Shown here piece by piece: positions 50,701 to 60,696 of a stretch of DNA of 64,000 bases (its first letter is position 1; every line of letters begins with the position of its first letter). The translations under genes and the position numbers were made by a program. The notes under the pieces are model-generated. The model saw only the letters and a list, made by a program, of their open reading frames with translations. It ran no database searches and had not been told where the DNA came from. This DNA comes from a virus (lineage: Duplodnaviria > Caudoviricetes), in the IMG/VR virus record IMGVR_UViG_3300031555_003590, positions 32,001-96,000 of that record. One strand, given 5' to 3'.

Positions 50701-50823
50701 GGAAGATGGGACCAAGAAGATGATTTAATTATGAGATCTAGAATTGGTACTGCAAATGTAAAGAATCTACCAGTAGATTTTGAAGCATGGAAAGATTATG
50801 TTGAATCATATAATTTAATTTAA
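47749..50823 (+). CDS. Large putative virion structural protein
   Basis: 1024 aa; YEEKNDYYRMLNGLP recalls jumbo-phage structural proteins; no enzyme motif. Confidence 0.55.
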   Translation: MYSTNESRQTDPLQDLFSDVKLILEFMEIKDQKQATDNETEESKNLSEMWMMAKMETDTYSTYRKYWTVSMFRDILPNATQNNIRYWMNNPANVPLDFRDNLLKCGREAFLNSYEEKNDYYRMLNGLPPINTPKSEYIYLSEPMRNQLHASDLPLHELSPLIQNNFMGTDEYQEILTNNPDKLYLKYLGMYKIDTFVARRAKDFEIIRYPLNRSDINPNLVNVFASLYSDYREYVMTTLYNKQFEDLYVNYRTFMGVLITSFTLMQISNKALELANGRKFLDDSALHIILSMYGIPDDLVMTDEVRRNLVINLPKLVLTKGMNEVYYTLVDILGYNDINFSKLLMMKGQQFDKEKNYLTDPSNVEPYFVQVGLSDNNPYETISSGNVHIYTYNEIIADDPTWWDLPDTQKILKESSYTISDSKYIMMEAVIHQIKYLFESIYFPRLILDNKEYTDKFMINIPEIFGTESVSIYDLMVFIISATCMNGGLTGKIISNEPGLIATAGFNFDMDFDSFTEYIDNSTYLDKDRIMSFIEDLTVRTPADINRLFNDVMYPMREWIERKIAYANTRQEYIEYENLYRAIFTYDINTNPFLSDFELPLETIRKKYNITEDEMIAFKHFYPHLMSGETITIDKYNASTNITRYKYPFITRNNIVDWNIHIIIDTPYGDEDRGYLYFYDILNYTDLRELTNPDGTRVFMDYEDSETGWVINQQSVDKAIELIDKLDDEMLNNAFFQISTPILNSNGKQFEENELLPATIRSGIFKNILKEKLTMDMQGLAVPPKTYLEYLYRKNEKLYNLLTKDDRFNRNKEAWLNDILAIVLAVETELSIHMKYLEQSVVGSELFFKPLITMINRFKSTMVNLSKVSMSHVFDDKVDAGGNSAMFKLFDEMGFTIRFTMFANKDSDSSFGLFDTEHKCTHNIILKDRSELYKMTTGHGFASETRNITMGSIKMVDEVKFYKNGEPLDPDGQYSSWYSGEPGTGRWDQEDDLIMRSRIGTANVKNLPVDFEAWKDYVESYNLI

Positions 50824-50865
50824 TAAAAAATACAGAGCCCAAATATTTGGGCTCTGTATTAATTT

Positions 50866-51486
50866 CTATATTCTGGTTACAAGAGGTCTTTCTTGAAGTT
50901 TTAGAGAATCTGAAATTTTACCCCATAATACATATTGAAAATATTCAACAATACCTTCTTTAAATTTAATAACCTTTCCATTTTCTTCTGTCATAGAAGA
51001 AGGAATTTTAATTTTCTTATTCAATGTACTAGTGATAGAATTACTCCATACTGGATTTTTCTCATCTGGATAATACCATTTTGGTTCTCTTGTTGAAATA
51101 TAGAAATCAGGAATATATCCATACATTCTGGTAAATTGACCAGATGTTGGATCAACATACATAATTGTATTCATCATTGTTATTTTAGCCCATGTATGTT
51201 GTATAGACCATAAACAAGAATTCAAACGAGGAGAATGTTTCTGTTCACCATGAATAGATTTAAATTCAATTTTTATATTATTTTCTTTTGCATATTCTTT
51301 TAATTTGTTATTTAATAAATTAATAGCAATATCACATAAACCTTTATAATTTTCATTATCGCCATAAAATATATTATGTTTTCTAGATAAATCTTCTCTA
51401 ATATCTTTTACCATATAATATAAAATTCCTGCTACTTTTCCTTCAGTTTCATTTTTAAATGGCAATCCAATGCTGTCTGCTTTCAT
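50866..51486 (-). CDS. Transglutaminase/papain-fold-like protein
   Basis: GLCD...HTW...YVDPTSGQF Cys-His-Asp spacing. Confidence 0.55.
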   Translation of the reverse strand: MKADSIGLPFKNETEGKVAGILYYMVKDIREDLSRKHNIFYGDNENYKGLCDIAINLLNNKLKEYAKENNIKIEFKSIHGEQKHSPRLNSCLWSIQHTWAKITMMNTIMYVDPTSGQFTRMYGYIPDFYISTREPKWYYPDEKNPVWSNSITSTLNKKIKIPSSMTEENGKVIKFKEGIVEYFQYVLWGKISDSLKLQERPLVTRI

Positions 51487-51547
51487 TTTTATTTCCTCCT
51501 AATATAAATATAAAGTAATAGAGGATGGTTAAACCATCCTCTATTTA

Positions 51548-51724
51548 TTATTCAGTAAAATATTCAAGTTTTTGTTTCTTTTTAATATTACCATCTTCAG
51601 TAATTATTAATGTATTAGGATGTGGCTGTTCTTGTGGAATATAAATTCCAGTTTCATTAATATCATTTAAATCTTTAATGTACTTTAAATCATTATTCTC
51701 ATTTGGCTGAATCTTCATTCCCAT
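51548..51724 (-). CDS. Small hypothetical protein (58 aa, MGMKIQPNEN...)
   Basis: AAGGAG RBS; terminator downstream; below the ORF-track cutoff. Confidence 0.55.
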   Translation of the reverse strand: MGMKIQPNENNDLKYIKDLNDINETGIYIPQEQPHPNTLIITEDGNIKKKQKLEYFTE

Positions 51725-51878
51725 TAGTAAACAACTCCTTATCTTTTATAATTTTCTTTTTATTGACCTTTACTAAATGTGCATATCTTCCAGATTTTAT
51801 AATTCCCTTTCTAATATTCATAATTATTCTATCAAAATCTTCATCTTTGTATTGTTCATATCTATCAATACAATTCAT
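51699..51878 (-). CDS. Small hypothetical protein (59 aa, MNCIDRYEQY...)
   Basis: AGGAGG RBS and promoter-like motif at 51914-51927; below the ORF-track cutoff. Confidence 0.6.
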   Translation of the reverse strand: MNCIDRYEQYKDEDFDRIIMNIRKGIIKSGRYAHLVKVNKKKIIKDKELFTNGNEDSAK

Positions 51879-51930
51879 ATATAAAATCCTCCTTATATTA
51901 TTATTTCTATATTAGAATATATAATTTAGA

Positions 51931-53088
51931 TTGAACTCGATGTTAATGAAATATTCTAATATAATAGAAAGGTGGATATATTTTATGAATTCAATTTATA
52001 ATCTTTCGACAGTTGATGATATTATGTTGAAAAATATTGTTAATGATAAAGAATTTTTAGAATTTAGTAATAATATTTATCGGTTAGAAATGCTGGTTCA
52101 ATCATCTATGTTTATTGAAGCGGTAGAAGATACTACAATAAGTTTTGGTAATATGAAAAAGATTGCAAAGAAAAATACTCTTGATACTACAAGAGATATT
52201 GCAGGTGCATATGATAATATTACTGACGCTAATGCAAATGTAATTAAAGCCAGTTGGGATATATTTATGAGGGCATTGCAATTAGTTACAAGAGTTTCTA
52301 GTTATATTGTTAATAAAATTTCTAATATTCCTAAAATGATTCTAAAAGTTAGTGATAGAGCAATGGATATTCCTGGTGAAGTTAAAGCTAAGATTAGAGG
52401 AGATATTACTTTATATATTACTGCTAATGATATTGGTAATATTTATAATAAGCTTTTTATAAGAAGATTGACTGAATATATTACTCTAACTGCTGATCTT
52501 GCTAAAGGAGATTTTTTTGCTACATTTTTTAATCGTCGTAGAGAAAGTAATGAGATTAAATCTCTAGTATTTGGTAAAAATGATATGAAATTATGCAGAA
52601 AAATGGATGATGTATATAATCATTTAGAAAATATGGAATTTAAACCTAGTATTATTAGTATGAAAGATGATTCTATTGTAGAAGTTTATTTTGGAAATAG
52701 TAAATCAATTGATTTTACTGATATACATGGTAATCATCATAATTGTTCATATTATGATGCTCTTAATATTCTTATTAAAGATCTTGAAAGTAAAAAAGAG
52801 GAATTGAAATCTTTCCAAAAAGCTGTTGGAGAAAAATTACATAAATCAGAAACAAATCAAACTTATAATGATTTAAATAATGTTGATAAACATAGACTAA
52901 GTGTAACCATTAATCAGATATCTAAAGTAGTAACTATTATTGGTAACTTTGTAAAATATGTTACTACTGATATCAATACTCTAAACAATAGTATTGATAC
53001 TATTCTTCATAAGAAGAGTAACTTACCTAAGATAGATGGTAAGAAAGCTGCTTCTACTCCTGAAACTAAAATTAATACTAAATTGTAA
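51931..53088 (+). CDS. Hypothetical helical protein, possibly virion-associated; start probably at a downstream ATG (MNSIYN...)
   Basis: Long ORF; GAAAGGTGG RBS precedes the internal ATG. Confidence 0.7.
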   Translation: MNSMLMKYSNIIERWIYFMNSIYNLSTVDDIMLKNIVNDKEFLEFSNNIYRLEMLVQSSMFIEAVEDTTISFGNMKKIAKKNTLDTTRDIAGAYDNITDANANVIKASWDIFMRALQLVTRVSSYIVNKISNIPKMILKVSDRAMDIPGEVKAKIRGDITLYITANDIGNIYNKLFIRRLTEYITLTADLAKGDFFATFFNRRRESNEIKSLVFGKNDMKLCRKMDDVYNHLENMEFKPSIISMKDDSIVEVYFGNSKSIDFTDIHGNHHNCSYYDALNILIKDLESKKEELKSFQKAVGEKLHKSETNQTYNDLNNVDKHRLSVTINQISKVVTIIGNFVKYVTTDINTLNNSIDTILHKKSNLPKIDGKKAASTPETKINTKL

Positions 53089-53125
53089 AAAAGAAATGGG
53101 TGAGGAATATTCCTCACCCATTTCA

Positions 53126-53845
53126 TTATTTATTATCACTTACATCAAACATATCTTTGATAATAGTATCAATATTCTTTTCAATAGCTCTACTGATAGA
53201 ATATGATAACTTCTCATCCATCATTCTCTTAGCACTTTCATGAATCTTATCTCTCATAACTTCGATAATCTCATCAGGATGTTCTTCAATATATTTTCCT
53301 GCAATTTGTTCAAGCCTCCATTGAATAGCTCTGCCAAAACATTTTTCATCTTCATCATTAGATGCAGGTAGATCCATATTAATTACTTTCTTGAAAATAT
53401 TGAGGAAATCTTCACGATATTTATCTACAAATTCATCAACATATTTATTGGCAATTGCAGTGAGAACTTGTTGATGAATATTACCACAACCTATATTCTT
53501 TCGGCTATTAAATATATCATCTAAATATATATTAACCTTTTTATCATAAACAGATTTTGCAACATTTCTCATCTCATTTACAGAGAGATAGTTGGTAATA
53601 TCGAAACGATTTTCAAGATTAATATTACCAGGATTATATTCACTACAATCTTCAGACTGAACTGTGATTCCAAGTTTATTTACAGTATTTTCATCACTAT
53701 CATCAATCTCCATGACATAATCAACAAGACCATAGGGAAGATGTTTTACTTCCTTAATTTCTGCCGTCCAACCTCTCCATTTACCTCTTGTAATAAGAAG
53801 TCTATTTCCAACTTCTGTTATTGCTGCCATAATTATAACCTCCAA
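53126..53845 (-). CDS. Hypothetical protein
   Basis: Long ORF; GGAGG RBS precedes MAAITE. Confidence 0.7.
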   Translation of the reverse strand: MEVIIMAAITEVGNRLLITRGKWRGWTAEIKEVKHLPYGLVDYVMEIDDSDENTVNKLGITVQSEDCSEYNPGNINLENRFDITNYLSVNEMRNVAKSVYDKKVNIYLDDIFNSRKNIGCGNIHQQVLTAIANKYVDEFVDKYREDFLNIFKKVINMDLPASNDEDEKCFGRAIQWRLEQIAGKYIEEHPDEIIEVMRDKIHESAKRMMDEKLSYSISRAIEKNIDTIIKDMFDVSDNK

Positions 53846-53865
53846 CTATTTTCAAATTTAATAAT

Positions 53866-54099
53866 TTAATCCTCTAATTTAACAGGTATTTTTTTAAATG
53901 AATTATTATAGCCTGGAATAGGTTCTTCTGTTACTGCTTCAAATATCCTTAAGTATGGGCATTCAAAATCTTTTTCTCCAATTTTACATTCAAAATATAA
54001 ATCATCTGTAAGTCTGCATGTAGGAATATAAGTTTCTTTAATTGTATTCATTGGACATTCATTTGGATCTTTTGGTAATTCATCTACAATAAATTTCAT
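53866..54099 (-). CDS. Small Cys-rich hypothetical protein
   Basis: AGGAG RBS; four cysteines. Confidence 0.65.
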   Translation of the reverse strand: MKFIVDELPKDPNECPMNTIKETYIPTCRLTDDLYFECKIGEKDFECPYLRIFEAVTEEPIPGYNNSFKKIPVKLED

Positions 54100-54112
54100 A
54101 AGATTACTCCTT

Positions 54113-54499
54113 TTAATAATTCCATACTAATAATGCTTCAATTTTAGTTTTAGGAAATCTAGTATTTTCTGGAAATGCAATATATGAACATTTAGAACAT
54201 TTATAAAGATAATAATCACTAATATCATTTTCATTAATTATAACTATATTACCTTCATTATCATATCGAATAATATTTGGATTACTAGCCCCACATTTAG
54301 GACATTTCATAGGATTATTATTCCAAGCAATATCAATATCAACATCATCAATTTCTTTATTTAACCATTCTAAAAAATCACTAGCATTATTATTTAACAA
54401 TTTTCCATTTGCATATAAAACATATTGTTTTAATCGTTCATACACATATGTGAATTCTTCTGGTGTTTTACACTGCATCATTCTTTCAAAATTTGTCAT
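54113..54499 (-). CDS. Zinc-ribbon protein with Lar (restriction alleviation)-like C-terminus
   Basis: CPKCG...CSKC...TKIEALLVWN. Confidence 0.5.
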   Translation of the reverse strand: MTNFERMMQCKTPEEFTYVYERLKQYVLYANGKLLNNNASDFLEWLNKEIDDVDIDIAWNNNPMKCPKCGASNPNIIRYDNEGNIVIINENDISDYYLYKCSKCSYIAFPENTRFPKTKIEALLVWNY

Positions 54500-54583
54500 A
54501 ATTATTCTCCTTCTTTTTTATTTAAATTTTAAATGGAACGACATAATATAATTTCAAGTATTTAATAAAGGAGGTATGATTAA

Positions 54584-55765
54584 ATGAATCTTACAAATGA
54601 CCAATATATAGCCTTATCTAAACTCGAAAAATGGTATCGTAAATATAACCATCAGATCATAGAAATTTCTGCAATTATTGGTACTGGAGTATGGGACGTC
54701 ATTCAAAAGTTTATTGATGATGAAGAATTAGATCCTAGAGAAGTTATGTATTTAGATTTTAATCAAAGACATATATTAGAGTTAGCATATAAAAGATACC
54801 ATGCATACTATATCAATGGTATAATATATAATTATAATAGAATAGTAGATTTTAATACATTGCCAGTAATCAATTCACGTTCTACTATGATGGAGTATGA
54901 ATGGAAAAAATCAGTAAAAAAGAAAATTGATAAAAGATATAAGTTAATGGTAGTATTTGATTCAGTATTATTAAATGAATCAACATTAAAGGATCTTAGT
55001 TCATTTGGGTTGCCAATGATACTAATAAGAGATCCGATGCTGCTACCAGCACCGGACTCTTATGTATATTTACGTGATTCAAATATTATATTAAGAGAAC
55101 CTCATCCAAATTATATTAAAAATCCAATTGTTTATTTTGCTCATAAATTGATTATTGGAGATAAATTAATTCCTGGTAACTATGATAATGTTAGTATTGT
55201 TCAACGAAAACAAATGAATCTTTATAATTTAAAATCTTCTGATATGAATATTACTATGACTCAGGAATTAAGAAATGAAATTAACAAAATATATCGTGAT
55301 CGAATCATGAAACGAAAAGATATGATTAATGTTGTTAATGAACGATTAATTGTTATGAAAGATATGTATGCACATAAATTAGTTAATCAAGATGAAAAGA
55401 AAATAAAAATATATTTACAGAAAGGTGTTATTGGTCATATTACTAAAATTAATCATCATGTAGAATCAACCAAATATGTTCCAATAGAATTTAGACCTGA
55501 ATTCTATCATGAATCATTTGATGATTTGGTTCTTGATCGACATTACCTAAATGGAATTGAATATCCTTCAAAACAAATTATTCCAGATGAGTTTGTTCAA
55601 ATGGAATATGCATATGCATTAACTCCATCTTTAGCAAGACTTAGTCATTGGGATAAAGTTACAGTAATATTAGATCCTAATATTGAATTAGATTATGAAT
55701 TACAACAGTTAATGATATATACTGCAATTACTAGAGCAAAACAATCATTAACAATTGTAATTTAG
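54584..55765 (+). CDS. Dda/RecD-like superfamily 1 helicase homologue with degenerate P-loop
   Basis: LTNDQ, YAYALT and YTAITRAK motifs are present; Walker A reads SAIIGTGVWD. Confidence 0.75.
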   Translation: MNLTNDQYIALSKLEKWYRKYNHQIIEISAIIGTGVWDVIQKFIDDEELDPREVMYLDFNQRHILELAYKRYHAYYINGIIYNYNRIVDFNTLPVINSRSTMMEYEWKKSVKKKIDKRYKLMVVFDSVLLNESTLKDLSSFGLPMILIRDPMLLPAPDSYVYLRDSNIILREPHPNYIKNPIVYFAHKLIIGDKLIPGNYDNVSIVQRKQMNLYNLKSSDMNITMTQELRNEINKIYRDRIMKRKDMINVVNERLIVMKDMYAHKLVNQDEKKIKIYLQKGVIGHITKINHHVESTKYVPIEFRPEFYHESFDDLVLDRHYLNGIEYPSKQIIPDEFVQMEYAYALTPSLARLSHWDKVTVILDPNIELDYELQQLMIYTAITRAKQSLTIVI

Positions 55766-57051
55766 ACAGAACATTTTTTCAATACAATTCTGCTAGAAAC
55801 ACTCATATATCCTTCTGATTCAATTTTAAAACAATGATATCCATATGCAATACGATATTTGTATTGACCAAATCGTTGCTGTTTTAATTGTTCTTCAAAT
55901 ACTACATAAAATGTTTTATTTGGAGTAAATGATTTAATATCAAAATTTTCTCCATTAATATATAAAATACATTCATTTTCTTCCATACGTGCCTTAATAA
56001 TATCAGTATTAAATTTATTATCATCTTTACGAGTATATACAATAGTTTCATTACGTTGATTAACATAAGATTGATCAGCATCTTGTATATTAATAGTAAT
56101 ATCATCTGTTATTACTACTTTAGCTTCACTTCCTAGAGACTCATTATTTGTTTCAGTAAACTTTTGTGGATTAATATCCATCTCACTTAATGAAACATAA
56201 TTAATTAATTCTCCTTCTTTACGTAGCATTCCATTTCCAGGAATACTACCATCAAGACTGCTAATAAGAAAAGTTGTTTCTATCCATTCATTTTCTCGTT
56301 TAGCAGTTACTTTATCACCTGCACTATTTAATATGTAAAAAGTATCAACATCATAAAATATTAAAGCACCTTTTTTATATAATCCATAATACTGATCTAA
56401 ATATATTAATGCTTTATATGCAGGATAAGCAGGTATCAATAATTCTGTATATATTTCATCATTTTCACATCTACTCATTAATACATTTGAATGTTTAGTT
56501 TCAGTTAATAATCTACCAATACATTGTTGAATAGTATTTTGAGTAAAAACTTCGTTGTAAACTTTATTTGATGCATCCAATAATTTTTTATTAAATAAAT
56601 ATAATGAAATTATGTTTTGTGATTCATAATAACTTTCTGACTCAATATCATTCAATGCAAAATCAATACCTTCATTTCTAGCAATTCGTTCTTCCATGGC
56701 TTTAACGTCAGTAGCATCGTCTTCATCATTTAAATATACTGATAATTCTTCATTCCAAATGGATTCTAAAGCAGTAATGAAAATTTCAGTATCAACATCC
56801 ATACCAATTCTACTAAATTCAAATTTACATGTAATATTCTTTTTATTTTTTAATATCCATAATTTTTTACGAATATCTAATCGCAGTACAACTTTTAATA
56901 TTGCACGTAAATTGAATTCATAATCAGTTAAATACTCTATTGTTAAAATATTACTTGGATCCATTTGAAGATTTTGATCTTCTACCATTAAAATCAAATT
57001 ACTAACTTGATATTTACATAAATATCTTCTGGTATTAGTATCATCAATCAT
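55762..57051 (-). CDS. Hypothetical protein, possibly tail/baseplate structural
   Basis: 429-aa ORF, AGGAGG RBS. Confidence 0.6.
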   Translation of the reverse strand: MIDDTNTRRYLCKYQVSNLILMVEDQNLQMDPSNILTIEYLTDYEFNLRAILKVVLRLDIRKKLWILKNKKNITCKFEFSRIGMDVDTEIFITALESIWNEELSVYLNDEDDATDVKAMEERIARNEGIDFALNDIESESYYESQNIISLYLFNKKLLDASNKVYNEVFTQNTIQQCIGRLLTETKHSNVLMSRCENDEIYTELLIPAYPAYKALIYLDQYYGLYKKGALIFYDVDTFYILNSAGDKVTAKRENEWIETTFLISSLDGSIPGNGMLRKEGELINYVSLSEMDINPQKFTETNNESLGSEAKVVITDDITINIQDADQSYVNQRNETIVYTRKDDNKFNTDIIKARMEENECILYINGENFDIKSFTPNKTFYVVFEEQLKQQRFGQYKYRIAYGYHCFKIESEGYMSVSSRIVLKKCSV

Positions 57052-57116
57052 GATTTTAAATACCTCCTTTTAAGTGTAAATTTAATTATTAAGTATAGAG
57101 AAAGGAATGATAAATA

Positions 57117-58073
57117 ATGGCTAAGCGTTTTATAAAACTTAAAGACAGAGTTTCAATTAGAGAAAAACAACCTGTTGGTGGTTTACGAGGAGAAATAATT
57201 TTTGGTACTGGTAAAAAAGAAATTCCATTTACTGATCCTTTTGGAAATCTATCTTATCGTACTGAATTTGAAAATGTTATATATAAGGATCATAATATTA
57301 TTCCAATTGGTGGTTATCAATTTGCATTTAGTAAATTATTTAATATTGGAATGGATAAAGAAACTACTCTTCGTGTAGGTAATTTAAATGATGAAGCACC
57401 TCAAATGAAGATTGGTGTACAAAGAGCTGAATATAATTCTATTTATTATGATGCAGAAGCTAGTATTAGTAATGGTTCAATGAAAATCAATTCTGGTGTT
57501 AATATTTCTGCTCTTAACTATATTTTTGGTTTTATGATTGGTGATGGTGGAGCTCGTGAAGATAACATGACTGCTATTGCACCTGATTACAAGAGACGTA
57601 GTTTATATAGAGCTATTCCATTTAGAATGTCTAATGATGGTTCAGAAATTCCTGCAGGTAAATATTATGGTAAATCAACTTCTATTCAAGGTGTTGGTGC
57701 AGGTGAATCAATTACTTCTTATTATGTAAAGAAGTTCGATAATCCAGCTCCAAGAATTGTACATTCTTGGGTAACTGATAATCCTAATGAATTAACAGTT
57801 GTTGATGATACTGTGTTTGCTTCAACTTCTTCTATGGCTATTGAATCATATGTAGAAATGAATCTCTCTATTTCTAAATATGATGCTAGAGGATTTTTTA
57901 CTACAACTGATGCAAGTCCTCGTGTAAATGAATTTGGCCTTGTAAGTGGATGGTATAATTCAGATAAAGATGATTTTGAATCTCTTCTACTTGTATCACA
58001 TTTTACTAGACCTAGTATTACACTTGCTCAAGATGATAGTATAGAAGCTATTTATAGATTATATGCTAGATAA
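57117..58073 (+). CDS. Putative baseplate/structural protein
   Basis: 318 aa, predicted beta-rich; ends NEFGLVSGW...IYRLY. Confidence 0.55.
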   Translation: MAKRFIKLKDRVSIREKQPVGGLRGEIIFGTGKKEIPFTDPFGNLSYRTEFENVIYKDHNIIPIGGYQFAFSKLFNIGMDKETTLRVGNLNDEAPQMKIGVQRAEYNSIYYDAEASISNGSMKINSGVNISALNYIFGFMIGDGGAREDNMTAIAPDYKRRSLYRAIPFRMSNDGSEIPAGKYYGKSTSIQGVGAGESITSYYVKKFDNPAPRIVHSWVTDNPNELTVVDDTVFASTSSMAIESYVEMNLSISKYDARGFFTTTDASPRVNEFGLVSGWYNSDKDDFESLLLVSHFTRPSITLAQDDSIEAIYRLYAR

Positions 58074-58186
58074 TATTAATATAGACATCAGGGAATTTAT
58101 CCCTGATGTCTATTTATTTATTGCTACATTTCAATAAGGGAAAAGTTGCGATTTTTATAAAAATATAAAACAAAGGAGTGTAGAAA

Positions 58187-58783
58187 ATGAATAATCAACG
58201 AAAAGTCTCGTTGTTTAAAATCGAGACTATTATTATTTTTGCAATTGCAGCTTGCATGATTTTCCTTAATGTATTCACTACTAGTAAACTATCTGAATTA
58301 GAATTAGTTGGTACAGAAGCAATGTTTATTAAGGATGGATTAACATATCCAGAAAGTGAACAACTTGGGGAAGAAATTGTAAAATATCGCCCAGATTCAT
58401 GTAAAATGATTGAAATGTATGATGATAATTTTGAATTGTTATTTTCCCTTCAATTTGATGAAAATTATCCAATTCATAATGATAATATTAATAATCATCC
58501 AGAACTTCTTGAACTTTTAACTACTACAAAAGAAGGACAAACAACAATTGAAATTGGAGATTATACTGAAAATGTTTATTTTCAATGGGTTACTAATGAC
58601 AGAAATGAACAAAGACTAGTAATTGTATATAGTACTAAAGAAATTATTGAAAATATTTGGATCTTTTCATTTGTATGTTATTTAGTAATTATATTAATTT
58701 TTGTTTTGTTAATTATATTACATACAAAAGAATATAAAGAAAAGATTAAGCAGTATAAACAAACTACTGCTAGTAGAATCTAA
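58187..58783 (+). CDS. Two-TM membrane protein with extracytoplasmic Cache/PDC-like domain and no output domain
   Basis: TM - ~125-aa loop (IEMYDDNFELLF...EGQTTI...VYFQWV...LVIVY) - TM - short basic tail. Confidence 0.6.
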   Translation: MNNQRKVSLFKIETIIIFAIAACMIFLNVFTTSKLSELELVGTEAMFIKDGLTYPESEQLGEEIVKYRPDSCKMIEMYDDNFELLFSLQFDENYPIHNDNINNHPELLELLTTTKEGQTTIEIGDYTENVYFQWVTNDRNEQRLVIVYSTKEIIENIWIFSFVCYLVIILIFVLLIILHTKEYKEKIKQYKQTTASRI

Positions 58784-58812
58784 ATATATAGAAAAGGATG
58801 TGATGTTATAAT

Positions 58813-59439
58813 ATGAAAGGTAAGAAGCCTGGAAAGTTAGGCTGGGTTCGTTATGAAATCATTTTAATGATTTTATTAATAGGATGCATTTCTTATTGTG
58901 TAACATATGAATCAATAAGAACTCATGATAATGCGATCAGTATAACTGAACTAGGTACAATATCAATTCTTCATGAGGAAGATGTAATTAATACATATAG
59001 GGAACAAGGTAGACCAATTATTGATTTCCATCATGATGCATGTCAATTTATTACTGTATATAATTCAGATGAATCACTAAAATCAATTGTTATGCTTAGT
59101 GATGTAGAACCTCTATATGATCAAATTAATAATACTAGAGATTGGTGGCCAATTTTTAATAGTAGTGAAAGTGGTAAAATAGATATGTCTAACGAGGGTG
59201 TTGATATAACCATTCACTATCAATGGGTTAAATTTGATAATGATACCAAATTTCTAGTTGTATATAATATTAACGATACGGCTGATTTTATATTTAATTC
59301 TTTTACGGCTGTAAGTTATATTACTTTAATATTATCATTTATTTTATTAATAAATAGCATATATTGGAGATATCATGGTATTTCCAGTAGATATAAACAA
59401 GTCAACGCAGAAATGAAAGAGATTATTCGTAATCAATAA
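58813..59439 (+). CDS. Paralogous two-TM sensor-like membrane protein
   Basis: Same layout (CQFITVYN...SGKIDM...IHYQWV...LVVY). Confidence 0.6.
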   Translation: MKGKKPGKLGWVRYEIILMILLIGCISYCVTYESIRTHDNAISITELGTISILHEEDVINTYREQGRPIIDFHHDACQFITVYNSDESLKSIVMLSDVEPLYDQINNTRDWWPIFNSSESGKIDMSNEGVDITIHYQWVKFDNDTKFLVVYNINDTADFIFNSFTAVSYITLILSFILLINSIYWRYHGISSRYKQVNAEMKEIIRNQ

Positions 59440-59484
59440 TTCTCTATTCACCAAATTTTATAAATGAAAGGAGGATGATGCGTT

Positions 59485-59904
59485 GTGGATCAATATCTAT
59501 CTACTGTTATTATTGCACTAATAACTGGTATATTTTCAGTTATTACATTAATTATTCAAAAGAAACAAGATAAAGTTATTGGTAAAATTGATGAGCAAAC
59601 TTCACTAATTGATCGTGAGAAAAAATTAAAACAAAGACTAGCTTCAAAAGAAAAAGAAAGAGAAATGTTAATTCAAGAAATGATGATTTTAATTCTTGAT
59701 ACTAACATTCATATTCTAAAAAATACTAATATTATTTCTGAAAAAGATTTAATAGATGAAGTATATAAGACCACTGATGAATTGAAGAAAAAATTTAAAG
59801 CAATTAGTGAAGAAATTGAAGAAATTAATAATGAATATAATATCGTCTTAGATATTTCTAATAATATACAAGAAGATTTTAAAAGAAATAATTCAAAAAA
59901 ATAA
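59485..59904 (+). CDS. Single-TM coiled-coil protein, holin-like
   Basis: N-terminal TM (VIIALITGIFSVITLII) followed by a coiled coil; GTG start with AGGAGG. Confidence 0.55.
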   Translation: MDQYLSTVIIALITGIFSVITLIIQKKQDKVIGKIDEQTSLIDREKKLKQRLASKEKEREMLIQEMMILILDTNIHILKNTNIISEKDLIDEVYKTTDELKKKFKAISEEIEEINNEYNIVLDISNNIQEDFKRNNSKK

Positions 59905-60090
59905 ATAAAATATGAGTCCAGGGAATTCCCTGGACTCATATTATTTTTAATGATATATTATGACAGTGAAATGTAAGGTGCATTATATAAATTCTGTATA
60001 ATATTAAAAATATATGCAATATATACTGAATTTGTAAAGATGTTCCCTTATATGGAAATCTATTTTATAATCTTAAGGAGGAAACAAGAA

Positions 60091-60657
60091 ATGAAAACTG
60101 TAAAAGACACTCTAGGTAAGATCAAGGGAGAAGGTAAGCTGAATGATGTTATGACTGGTAAGGGTGCATTCAGTAAGGCTGGTTTTGCTGATACTGTTAA
60201 TGCTCTTGCCAATGATACCACTTTCAAGATTAAGACCTTCGGTAAGGATGGTAAAGTTAGTGGTGAAGTTAGTATTAGTGAACTAATCCGCAATGACATG
60301 AAGAAGACTCTTGCTAATGCTAAGTATCCTCAGAAGTCCGAAGCTGCTGTTCTAGATACTAGTGATATTTGCACTGCTGGTCTTTCTGAAGCTATTCCTT
60401 ATATTGTTATGGAGCAGCTTAAGTGTGGTAAGAAGTTTGACCTTCCTGCACAGGCTAATGTTACTGGTAGTATCTATCTTACTGATGTTCCTGGAAAGGT
60501 TAAGACTGTTCAGGTCCGTGATCCTAAGACTCAGGAAAATCTTGGTACTGCTACTATCACATATAAGGATAGTGTTCAGGTTCGTGCTAAGTCTCCTGTG
60601 CCTAAGCATCTTCAGACTAAGGTCCGTAAGGATAAGAATGGTAACATTGTAAAGTAA
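60091..60657 (+). CDS. HU/IHF-like DNA-binding protein with N-terminal extension
   Basis: C-terminal arm VRDPKTQENLG resembles HU RNPxTGE; AGGAGG RBS supports a start at 60091 rather than 60040. Confidence 0.55.
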   Translation: MKTVKDTLGKIKGEGKLNDVMTGKGAFSKAGFADTVNALANDTTFKIKTFGKDGKVSGEVSISELIRNDMKKTLANAKYPQKSEAAVLDTSDICTAGLSEAIPYIVMEQLKCGKKFDLPAQANVTGSIYLTDVPGKVKTVQVRDPKTQENLGTATITYKDSVQVRAKSPVPKHLQTKVRKDKNGNIVK

Positions 60658-60696
60658 AAGTTACTTAATACTCATAGTTAAATATATTTAACAAGG

